This document shows, in pieces, positions 8,669 through 15,735 of a DNA stretch of 45,386 nucleotides (its first letter is position 1; each line of letters begins with the position of its first letter). The stretch is from NCBI GenBank assembly GCA_051961815.1, contig JBQCCX010000068.1, positions 1 to 45,386 on the forward strand. Reading direction: 5' to 3'. The notes under the pieces were generated by a model. The model was given only the letters and a program-made list of their open reading frames with translations. It made no database searches and was not told the DNA's origin. The DNA comes from Xanthobacteraceae bacterium (GTDB taxonomy: Bacteria; Pseudomonadota; Alphaproteobacteria; Rhizobiales; Xanthobacteraceae). Both the position numbers and the translations under genes were made by a program.

Positions 8669-10021
8669 GCTGTGACGCATCGCGGCGCCGCCATCGGTCA
8701 TGTAATGCAGCCAGGCCTCGAACATATTGCGGATGTAAACCTCGCTGGTCGAATTCTTGCCGCGCCGGCCGGCATGAGCATCGGGTGCGTCGCTTTGCAG
8801 ACCGCGGCCGATCTCGATCCATTCCGCGCCCGCACTTGAGAGTCCCATGCCGATGCGGTTGTAGATTTCCAGATCGTCGGTGAGCACTAGAGAGCCGGTG
8901 CCGTTAACGGTATTGGCGAAGCTGATGGTGTTGCGGAACATCTGCTCCGGCGCCCCTTTCAGCCGGAAATTGTAAGTCGCGACCACGGTGCGGTCGACGG
9001 CGACCGGATGCACGACGCGCAATTGCTGAAACTGACTCATGAACGACAGGTTCGGATAGATATTGCTGTTCCAGCGCCGCACTTCGAGCACGCGGCGGGT
9101 TTCCGCCTTGCCTTTTTTCTTCTCCATCACTGCAATGTAGTCGCGGAACACCGGATCTTTCAGCGCCGCCACCAGCTTGGCATCGTCGTGATAATCGCCG
9201 AGATAGGAATGGCCGTTCGGATAGGTCCAGATGCCGACCTGGGATTCCCAGAAGCTGTAGGGTGCGCCGTTCTGGCGCATTTGCCGGATCGCGATCTCGC
9301 CCGAGCCGTCGGAATGAACGCTGTCCGATTGCTGCTGCGCGGCGTCGATCGAGGAGCGATGCGTGAACAGCGGATGCGCCGCGTCGCACAGATTTTCCAG
9401 GTAAAGCTTCCAGTTGGCGTCGTAGGCATGCTTGAACATGCCGCCGGCGACTTCGATCTCGCCGTCGGGCGCGCGATCGATCATGTCGTCCAACGACGTC
9501 GTCATGTGACCTAGGAATTCTTCCAGCCCCGGGCCATCGGCAGCCTCGCTCGCGAATACGAAGCCGCGATAGCTTTTCACGCGCGCCGCCGACACCATGG
9601 CGGTCTTCGGATTGTTGGGATCGAAATCGCGCGGATAGCCGTGCTGCAGCGGCACCGCTTTCAGCCGGCCGTCGAGATGGTAGGTCCAGCCGTGATAGCA
9701 GCACTGAAATTCCTCGGTGTTGCCCTTGTCGTTGGCGACGACCAGCGAGCCGCGATGCGCGCATTGGTTATGGATGACGCGAATCTCGCCTTGCGCATCG
9801 CGCACCAGAACCACGGGCTTGCGGCCGATGAACGTCCGCGCATAGTCGCCAGGCCGGCGCACCTGGCTCTCGTGGCCGACGTAAATCCAGGCGGTGCCGA
9901 AAATCCGCTCCATCTCCGCTTCGAAGATCGCCGGATCGGTATAGAGCCGGCGATGCACGCGGCCGGGCTGCACGAGCGAGTTGAATGCGCCGTTCGAGCT
10001 CATGATGAAACCTGAAGCCAC
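8663..10021 (-). CDS. Rieske [2Fe-2S] aromatic ring-hydroxylating oxygenase alpha subunit
   Basis: Rieske motif CAHRGSLV-x-CCYHGWTY (CxH-x17-CxxH). Mononuclear iron motif DAAHPLFTH (D-x2-H-x4-H). The start is a GTG at 10021 or an ATG at 10003 (MSSNGAF...). Confidence 0.9.
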   Translation of the reverse strand: MASGFIMSSNGAFNSLVQPGRVHRRLYTDPAIFEAEMERIFGTAWIYVGHESQVRRPGDYARTFIGRKPVVLVRDAQGEIRVIHNQCAHRGSLVVANDKGNTEEFQCCYHGWTYHLDGRLKAVPLQHGYPRDFDPNNPKTAMVSAARVKSYRGFVFASEAADGPGLEEFLGHMTTSLDDMIDRAPDGEIEVAGGMFKHAYDANWKLYLENLCDAAHPLFTHRSSIDAAQQQSDSVHSDGSGEIAIRQMRQNGAPYSFWESQVGIWTYPNGHSYLGDYHDDAKLVAALKDPVFRDYIAVMEKKKGKAETRRVLEVRRWNSNIYPNLSFMSQFQQLRVVHPVAVDRTVVATYNFRLKGAPEQMFRNTISFANTVNGTGSLVLTDDLEIYNRIGMGLSSAGAEWIEIGRGLQSDAPDAHAGRRGKNSTSEVYIRNMFEAWLHYMTDGGAAMRHSV

Positions 10022-10048
10022 GCGCCGAGGCGCGGTTACTTGGTGCGG

Positions 10049-10474
10049 TTATTTGCCTTCATTCCAGATATCGGTGGCGAGCTTCCAATCGCGTCCGGCT
10101 TTCTGCCAAATGACGACATACTTGCCGGTAATATCCTTCGGCGGCGACTCCTTGGTCTTCAAGCTGAAAGTGCCGATCTCGCGCGCCGCGGCAGGGCCCA
10201 ACCGGGTGACTTCGAGCGTCGTCACCTTTGGGTCCGTGGCGTGTTCGGCCATGCCTTTCCACATCGCGGCGATCGCCGCGCGGCCCTTGACCATCGCCGA
10301 ACCCGGCGGAAACGCGGTGGCGTCGGCAGTGTAGAGCGAGGCGACGCCGTCGAAGTCGCCTTTGTTGAAAGATGCGACCCATTTGGCGTTCGCCGCGGCA
10401 ATCTCCGCCTGTTGCGCCGCCGCCGGCGCGATCAGACCGACCATAAAAGCAATCGCAAATGCAGTGCTGCGCAT
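10049..10474 (-). CDS. Secreted SnoaL-like / DUF4440-type (NTF2 fold) protein
   Basis: Signal peptide MRSTAFAIAFMVGLIAPAAAQQ. The body is ...WVASFNKGDFDGVASLYTADATAFPPGSAMVKGRAAIAAMW...GKYVVIWQKAGRDWKLATDIWN. A strong SD (gaggaggg) lies 16 nt after the upstream cytochrome c stop. Confidence 0.7.
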   Translation of the reverse strand: MRSTAFAIAFMVGLIAPAAAQQAEIAAANAKWVASFNKGDFDGVASLYTADATAFPPGSAMVKGRAAIAAMWKGMAEHATDPKVTTLEVTRLGPAAAREIGTFSLKTKESPPKDITGKYVVIWQKAGRDWKLATDIWNEGK

Positions 10475-10490
10475 TCTTGACCCTCCTCAA

Positions 10491-11192
10491 CTAGCAGCCT
10501 TGAACGACAAACTGACCGAACTCCTCGGGCGCGGCGAAGATCACATCTGCCCGGTCGCCTGCCATTCCTGCCGGGACCAGCGCTGGCGCGCCCTTGATCG
10601 GCCCATCCTCGCTTGAATCAGTCTTGAAACGGAGATTACGTTCAAAAAACTTGCGCTTTTTTCCATCCGCCGTAGCGATCTCGTAAGTGTCGCCGCAGTA
10701 GCGCACGCTCTGCACGCGCGTCGCATTATCGACATTCTTCAAGTTCGGCACGGCGTTTCTCATCATACCGCCCATCATTCCGCCCCCGCCTTGCGCTTGC
10801 TTTTGAGTCGTGCGCGAATTGGGCTGGCTCGCTTCTTTGAGATAGGCGATGATGTCGGCGCGATCCTGTGCGCTCTTTATTCCTGGGAAAGGCATTTCAT
10901 TACCGGGCACGGCGTGTTCGGGATCGGCCAGCCAACTATCAAGCGTCTTATCGTTCCAGACCAACCCGGACGATTTGAGAGCATCCGAATATCGCGCGAA
11001 GCTTTCCAGGCCGCCGGCACTGCGTCCGAACAGGCCTGACAGACTTGGACCAGTCAAATTTTTATTGGGCTGTAGTGAGTGACAGGCGATGCAATTTCCA
11101 AACAGGCGCTCGCCGCGTGTAGCATCACCCGGTTGCGCTTGCGCGATATTCGCTCCTAGAACGATAAGCGCAGCCGGCAGAAAATGACGCAT
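10491..11192 (-). CDS. Secreted class I (mitochondrial/c2-type) cytochrome c fused to a Met/Gly-rich linker and an unassigned ~85-aa C-terminal domain
   Basis: Preferred ATG is 11192 (MRHFLPAALIVLGANIAQAQ, signal peptide); the track ORF runs to 11366. Haem motif CIACH. Distal Met region VPGNEMPFPGIKSAQDRADIIAYLK. Then QAQGGGGMMGGMMRN and a C-terminal domain: ...VQSVRYCGDTYEIATADGKKRKFFERNLRFKTDS...FGQFVVQGC. Confidence 0.8.
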   Translation of the reverse strand: MRHFLPAALIVLGANIAQAQPGDATRGERLFGNCIACHSLQPNKNLTGPSLSGLFGRSAGGLESFARYSDALKSSGLVWNDKTLDSWLADPEHAVPGNEMPFPGIKSAQDRADIIAYLKEASQPNSRTTQKQAQGGGGMMGGMMRNAVPNLKNVDNATRVQSVRYCGDTYEIATADGKKRKFFERNLRFKTDSSEDGPIKGAPALVPAGMAGDRADVIFAAPEEFGQFVVQGC

Positions 11193-11310
11193 GATACCTC
11201 GGTTTCCGTTGTTCGCTCTTAAAGGCCTTGGGTCACGCCAACGGTAATGTTTCGCTTTGCCTCTGGCGAGGGAATTTCTTTGCCGGTAAGCTGTTTGTAA
11301 CGGTCGAGGG

Positions 11311-11703
11311 GTGGGGAGACCGGTTGTGCATAGCACCTTCGCGAGGCGCCCATTGCGGAAGCGCATTATTGCGCTGGTCGCCGCTTACGCGATCGCGTGC
11401 GCGAGCCTGATTGCAGGCTTCACCGCCGTCCAGGCCGCCGATGCCGCCCAACAAGGCGGCGTCCTCTGTCATAGCGAGGTCGCAGCGCAGCCGGCGCCCG
11501 ATGAATCCAACGGCAAGATCTGCGTCGACTATTCCTGTTGCACCGGCTGCCTGGTGATGGCGGCGGCAGTGCCGCCGCCACTGCCGGCGGTCGCCGCTCC
11601 GCATTCGTTGAGCCGACGGCTTGCGCCGCTTGCGCATCCCGTCCTGGCCAGCGGCACCGACTTTAATGTTCATCGCTCGCGAGGCCCTCCGCTAGCCGCG
11701 TGA
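11311..11703 (+). CDS. DUF2946-like small membrane-anchored Cys-rich protein
   Basis: The start is a GTG at 11311, or at 11326 (VHSTFARRPLRKR...) after gggga. It has one N-terminal TM (IIALVAAYAIACASLIAGF). The ...VLCHS... and ...CVDYSCCTGC... pattern is the one I associate with DUF2946 proteins. It lies directly upstream of the beta-barrel/copC/copD genes. Confidence 0.55.
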   Translation: MGRPVVHSTFARRPLRKRIIALVAAYAIACASLIAGFTAVQAADAAQQGGVLCHSEVAAQPAPDESNGKICVDYSCCTGCLVMAAAVPPPLPAVAAPHSLSRRLAPLAHPVLASGTDFNVHRSRGPPLAA

Positions 11704-11755
11704 AGGACGCGGCCACCACCCGGCCGCATTGCTCATGCGCTTATGGAGATTGCTC

Positions 11756-12721
11756 ATGCTTCGCTCTTTGAGCTGCTCGCGCGCATTCGCGTTGGCGCTC
11801 CTGTTCATTGCGCTCTCGGCCGCAGAGGCCTTGGCGCACTGTTTTGTCGGTCCACGTTTTCTGCCGGCGACGCTCGCCACCGACGACCCCTGCGTCGCCG
11901 ATGAGATGTCGTTCCCGACCGTGCAATGGTCGAAGACCGGCGATGTGCCGGCGGCAACCGAATGGGACATTTCGGCGGAATTATCCAAACGGATCACCGA
12001 GAATCTCGGCATTTCCATCGGCAATACCTGGTCGCAAATTCACCAGCCGGGCGGCTTTACTCAGGCCGGATTCGGCAATCTCGAGACCACGCTACAGTAT
12101 CAGCTTCTCAAAGACGCCCCGCATGAGCTCGCCTTGCTGCTCGGGCTGGTCGTCGAATGGGGCGGCACCGGAGCCATCCATTCGGGACTGGCGGACCCAT
12201 GGTCGACGCTCACGCCGACATTTTATTTCGGCAAGGGTTTTGGCGATTTGCCCGACTCGTTCGGCTGGTTGCGCGCCTTCGCCGTCACCGGGCAAGTCGG
12301 CTACCAGTTTCCGACGCGCTCGTTCGATGTCGATTCCGGCACTTTCATCCCGCAGATGCTGGTTTATGGCGCCTCGATCCAATACAGCATGCCGTACCTG
12401 AAATCCGAAATTCGCGACTATCAGTTGCCCGATTTCATCAATCACCTGATCCCGATCGTGGAAGCGCAGTTCGCGACACCGGTCGCCAACAATTTCGGTA
12501 ATAGCCCGATCACGATCGGCACGATCAATCCGGGCGTGATCTGGGTCGGCACCTATTTCCAGATCGGCGCCGAAGCGGTACTCCCGGTGAACCACGCCAG
12601 CGGCACCGGCGTCGGCGTGCTGGCCCAGCTGCACCTTTATCTCGACGACATGTTCCCCACCACGATCGGCCGCCCGCTGCTCGGCGGCAGCACCGCCCCG
12701 ACGCAACAGCTCAAATTCTAG
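11756..12721 (+). CDS. Putative outer-membrane beta-barrel protein (MetA-pathway/phenol-degradation-like transporter fold?), function unknown
   Basis: The ATG at 11756 lies 6 nt after GGAGA; the track start at 11729 is a TTG. Signal peptide MLRSLSCSRAFALALLFIALSAAEALA. The body has alternating amphipathic stretches rich in G/Y/F/T/Q, and the protein ends in Phe (...QQLKF), as many OMPs do. Confidence 0.55.
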   Translation: MLRSLSCSRAFALALLFIALSAAEALAHCFVGPRFLPATLATDDPCVADEMSFPTVQWSKTGDVPAATEWDISAELSKRITENLGISIGNTWSQIHQPGGFTQAGFGNLETTLQYQLLKDAPHELALLLGLVVEWGGTGAIHSGLADPWSTLTPTFYFGKGFGDLPDSFGWLRAFAVTGQVGYQFPTRSFDVDSGTFIPQMLVYGASIQYSMPYLKSEIRDYQLPDFINHLIPIVEAQFATPVANNFGNSPITIGTINPGVIWVGTYFQIGAEAVLPVNHASGTGVGVLAQLHLYLDDMFPTTIGRPLLGGSTAPTQQLKF

Positions 12722-12731
12722 AGGCATCGTC

Positions 12732-13088
12732 ATGCGCATAAAGATTCTCCTCGTAACGGCATTATTCGCCGTTCTCGGCAACGCCGCCGCGCACGCCCAC
12801 GCTATGCTCGATCACGCCAGTCCTGCAGTGGGCAGTACCGTGGCAAGCGCGCCGCGCGACGTCGCGCTGACGTTCAGCCAGAACCTGGAGGCGGGTTTCA
12901 GTTCCATCCAGGTGACGGATGCCAATGGCGCGCGCGTCGATCAGGGCAAACCGCAGATCAGCGGCAATACCATGCGCGTCGGGCTGAAATCGCTGGCGGC
13001 GGGCACCTATCGGGTGCGCTGGCATGTGCTGTCGGTCGATACGCATAAGACGGAAGGAAGCTTCACCTTCAGCGTTGGCGGCCGGTGA
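12732..13088 (+). CDS. copC: CopC-domain periplasmic copper-binding protein (Cu(II)-site-only type)
   Basis: A signal peptide ending ...AAAHA is followed by HAMLDHASP (N-terminal His of the mature protein). The D-x-H ligand pair is in ...HVLSVDTHKTEGSFTF. The Met-rich Cu(I) loop is absent. Confidence 0.85.
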   Translation: MRIKILLVTALFAVLGNAAAHAHAMLDHASPAVGSTVASAPRDVALTFSQNLEAGFSSIQVTDANGARVDQGKPQISGNTMRVGLKSLAAGTYRVRWHVLSVDTHKTEGSFTFSVGGR

Positions 13089-14377
13089 CCTTGGACGATC
13101 CGCTTCCTTACGTCCGCGCCGTTCATTTCGCCGCGACCATCGTCGCGGCGGGCGCGGTCATCTTTGAAGTCACGGTGGCGGCGCCGGCCTTGGCAGTCGC
13201 GGCTGGAATCGCCGACCCGGCCATCAAGCGCTGGCATCGAGGCTGGATCTGGCTGATCTGGACGAGCCTTGCGGTCGCGGCTTTATCCAGTGCGGTCTGG
13301 CTCGTTCTGATCGCCGCCGACATCTACGCCGCGCCGATCACGGAAGTCTGGAGCGATGGCGGCATCTGGACGGTCGCGACGCAAACGCGTTTTGGAGAAG
13401 TCTCGCTGGCCCGGTTGGCGGCGGCCGCCCTCCTCGTCGCGGCACTGCCGATGATCCTCCGCGGCGACGGGCCGGGCCGGTGGCGCGCCGGCGCACTCGT
13501 TCTCGCGCTCATCATCCTGACCGGACCGGCCTGGATCGGACATGCCGGCGCGACGCCCGGCGTCGCCGGCGAATTTCCGCTTGCGGCGGACGCGCTGCAT
13601 TTGCTGGCGGCCGGCGCCTGGCTAGGCGGGCTCGTGCCGCTGGCAATGCTGCTGGCGATCGCTGGACGGCAGAAGGAACCGAGCTGGGCGGCTGTGACTG
13701 CGATCGCGGTGCAGCGGTTTTCGGTTCTCGGTGTGATCAGCGTCGCCACGCTGTTGGCCTCCGGGGTAGCCAATAGCTGGTACCAGGTCGGCACCCTCAC
13801 CAATCTTTTCGCGACGGCCTACGGTCAGCTCGTTCTGATCAAGATCGCCCTGTTTGCGGCGATGATCGCGCTGGCTTGCGTCAATCGCTTTTATTTGACG
13901 CCGCGGCTCGCCACTGCCGGCGCGGTTCGCCGGCTGCGCGATACCACCCTTGCCGAAACCGCACTCGGCTTCGCCGCGATCGTCGCGGTCGGCTTTCTCG
14001 GGGCCATGGCGCCGGCCAGCCACACGCACCAGAATGCGGCAATTCCCGAGGGCGCAGCCTTTGTTCACATCCATTCCAATGCCGGGATGGCCGACGTCAC
14101 TATCATGCCGGGCCGGGTCGGCACGGCGCGCGCCACCATTCGGCTGTGGAACGACGAATTTCAACCGCTCGCCGCCGAGCGCTTGACCTTCCCGCTGACA
14201 CCGCCGGGCGCGCAGCCGATCACGCGGCCTGCTGCGCAGGCTCAAGACGGCAGTTGGGAAGTCGATGTCGTCCCGCTGTCGCAAGCCGGCAACTGGAAGG
14301 CGGCGATCGATGCCACGCTTGTCGACAAGCGCCGTCTCTTGCTCGACGCGCCGATCGCAATCGAGCCGGAGCGATAA
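13085..14377 (+). CDS. copD: CopD-family inner-membrane copper transport protein with a ~115-aa C-terminal soluble extension
   Basis: The GTG start overlaps the copC stop (GTGA at 13085-13088). There are about 8 hydrophobic segments, including ...ADALHLLAAGAWLGGLVPLAMLL.... The C-terminal ~115 aa (HTHQNAAIPEGAAFVHIHSNAGMADVTIMPGRVG...NWKAAIDATLVD...) are hydrophilic and beta-rich in character. Confidence 0.8.
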   Translation: MTLDDPLPYVRAVHFAATIVAAGAVIFEVTVAAPALAVAAGIADPAIKRWHRGWIWLIWTSLAVAALSSAVWLVLIAADIYAAPITEVWSDGGIWTVATQTRFGEVSLARLAAAALLVAALPMILRGDGPGRWRAGALVLALIILTGPAWIGHAGATPGVAGEFPLAADALHLLAAGAWLGGLVPLAMLLAIAGRQKEPSWAAVTAIAVQRFSVLGVISVATLLASGVANSWYQVGTLTNLFATAYGQLVLIKIALFAAMIALACVNRFYLTPRLATAGAVRRLRDTTLAETALGFAAIVAVGFLGAMAPASHTHQNAAIPEGAAFVHIHSNAGMADVTIMPGRVGTARATIRLWNDEFQPLAAERLTFPLTPPGAQPITRPAAQAQDGSWEVDVVPLSQAGNWKAAIDATLVDKRRLLLDAPIAIEPER

Positions 14378-14397
14378 CGGCGCGATTGCGATCGTCC

Positions 14398-14459
14398 GCT
14401 CGTCCCCGCGTAAGCGGGGACGAGAGGTTCTGGATTCCCGCTTACGCGGGAATGAGCGG
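14398..14459 (+). repeat. Two-hairpin REP-like element (ctcgtccccgcgtaagcggggacgag ... ctggattcccgcttacgcgggaatgagcgg)
   Basis: Same family and orientation as 7841..7923. It sits just 3' of copD, between convergent genes. Confidence 0.8.
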
Positions 14460-14490
14460 AAGACCTAACGCGCGGCCGATGATTTTTTTT

Positions 14491-15714
14491 TCAACTGCCC
14501 GATGCCGACATCACGTCGCCGAACAGCTTCCAGGTCGTGCCGTCGAACTTCTGCAATTGCATCTGCTTGATCGGATCGAAGTCGTCGGCGCTGGTGTTGA
14601 GCGTAATGCCTGGCAGCAGCAGCGGCAGCTTCAGATTGTGAAGGCTGGCGGCCTGCTTCATGACATTCTCACGCGTGAGATTGTCACCGCACATCTTGAG
14701 AACTTCGACCAGGGTTTGCGCGTAGGAATAGCCGATCGCGGCTTGCGAGTCGGCGATACTGCCGGAGAAGCCGTATTTGTTCATGAAAGCGAGCCACTCC
14801 TTGTAACCCTCCGTCTCATGCCACTGTGGATCGGTCGGATCCATGATGTAGGTGGCAGAGATGATGCCGACGCCTTTTTCCAAGCCCGCCGGCTTCATCA
14901 CCAAGCCGACCGAATTGCCGACGGAATTGAGAAAGTGGGTGGGCTTCCAGCCGATATCGTAGACTTTGCGCACCGTCTGCGCTGCGAATTTTGGAATCGC
15001 CGCGGTGAGCAGCACGTCGGCGCCGCTGCCTTGCAGCGCCACCACCTGCTGGTCGACCGTCGGATCGGTTGTCTCATAGGATTGCGTCGCCACGATCATC
15101 TTGGCGGCTTTGTCGCCAAGCCCGCTCCGCAGCCCATTGAGATAATCCTTGCCGTAGTCGTCGTTCTGATAGAGCACCGCGATCTTCGCGTTGGGCAGGT
15201 TCTTGAGGATGTAGCTCGCATAGATATGAGACTCGATCCCGTAGCTCGGCAAAAACATCATCGTCCACGGAAAATGTTTGGGATCGTTCCACTGATCGGC
15301 ACCGGTGGCCACGAACAATTGCGGCACTTTGTTTTCGTTCAAATAGCCGTGGATCGACATGTTCGACGGCGTGCCCAGCGGCGCGAACATCAGGAACACC
15401 TTGTCCTGTTCGACCAGCTGGCGCACCTGCTCCACCGTCTTTGGCGGGCTATAACTGTCGTCGCGGCTGATGTAATTGATCTTGCGGCCGTTGATACCGC
15501 CCTTTTCGTTGATCATGTTGAAATAGGCGGCGTGGACTTTGCCGTTGATGCCGTAGGACGACGCCGGTCCGCTATACGGATTGGTATTACCGATCTTGAT
15601 TTCGGTGTCGGTCACGCCCGGACCGTATTGGCCCGCGGCGTAGGCCGCGTTGCCGGCCAGCATCAATGCGGCCATGCACAGGCCGGTTACCATTGTCTTC
15701 CTTGCTGTCATCAC
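14491..15714 (-). CDS. Periplasmic substrate-binding protein, LivJ/LivK-like (HAAT-family ABC importer)
   Basis: Signal peptide (MVTGLCMAALMLAGNAAYAAG), then ...GVTDTEIKIGNTNPYSGPASSYG...INGRKINYISRDDSYSPPKTVEQ..., typical of type I PBPs of the Leu/Ile/Val family. Confidence 0.85.
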   Translation of the reverse strand: MMTARKTMVTGLCMAALMLAGNAAYAAGQYGPGVTDTEIKIGNTNPYSGPASSYGINGKVHAAYFNMINEKGGINGRKINYISRDDSYSPPKTVEQVRQLVEQDKVFLMFAPLGTPSNMSIHGYLNENKVPQLFVATGADQWNDPKHFPWTMMFLPSYGIESHIYASYILKNLPNAKIAVLYQNDDYGKDYLNGLRSGLGDKAAKMIVATQSYETTDPTVDQQVVALQGSGADVLLTAAIPKFAAQTVRKVYDIGWKPTHFLNSVGNSVGLVMKPAGLEKGVGIISATYIMDPTDPQWHETEGYKEWLAFMNKYGFSGSIADSQAAIGYSYAQTLVEVLKMCGDNLTRENVMKQAASLHNLKLPLLLPGITLNTSADDFDPIKQMQLQKFDGTTWKLFGDVMSASGS

Positions 15715-15735
15715 AAACCTCCCTTTGCGTTTGTG

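Noticed and set aside
11193-11325. Searched the divergent cytochrome c / DUF2946 control region for a copper box or CueR/CsoR-type operator
   Set aside because: Only weak direct repeats (tgttcgctctt / tgtttcgcttt, ggtaa..tgttt) are present. No dyad matches any operator I can name, so nothing is claimed.
10491-11366. N-terminal 58-codon extension of the cytochrome c ORF, and similar extensions of 24426-25712, 4105-5016, 1497-3206 and 39775-40368
   Set aside because: The extensions lack signal or domain features, and internal ATGs with SD sequences give N-termini that match family norms. The features are reported with the shorter coordinates.
12732-14377. Interpreting copCD as part of a horizontally acquired copper-resistance island
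   Set aside because: There are no copA/copB, copRS, P-type ATPase or mobility genes. The composition looks like the surrounding DNA by eye. An uptake or homeostasis role in a native chromosomal context is more consistent.
14483-14491. T9 run after the REP hairpins downstream of copD, considered as an intrinsic terminator
   Set aside because: The T-run lies ~30 nt from the nearest stable hairpin and overlaps the stop codon of the convergent SBP gene. This geometry is wrong for a canonical terminator.
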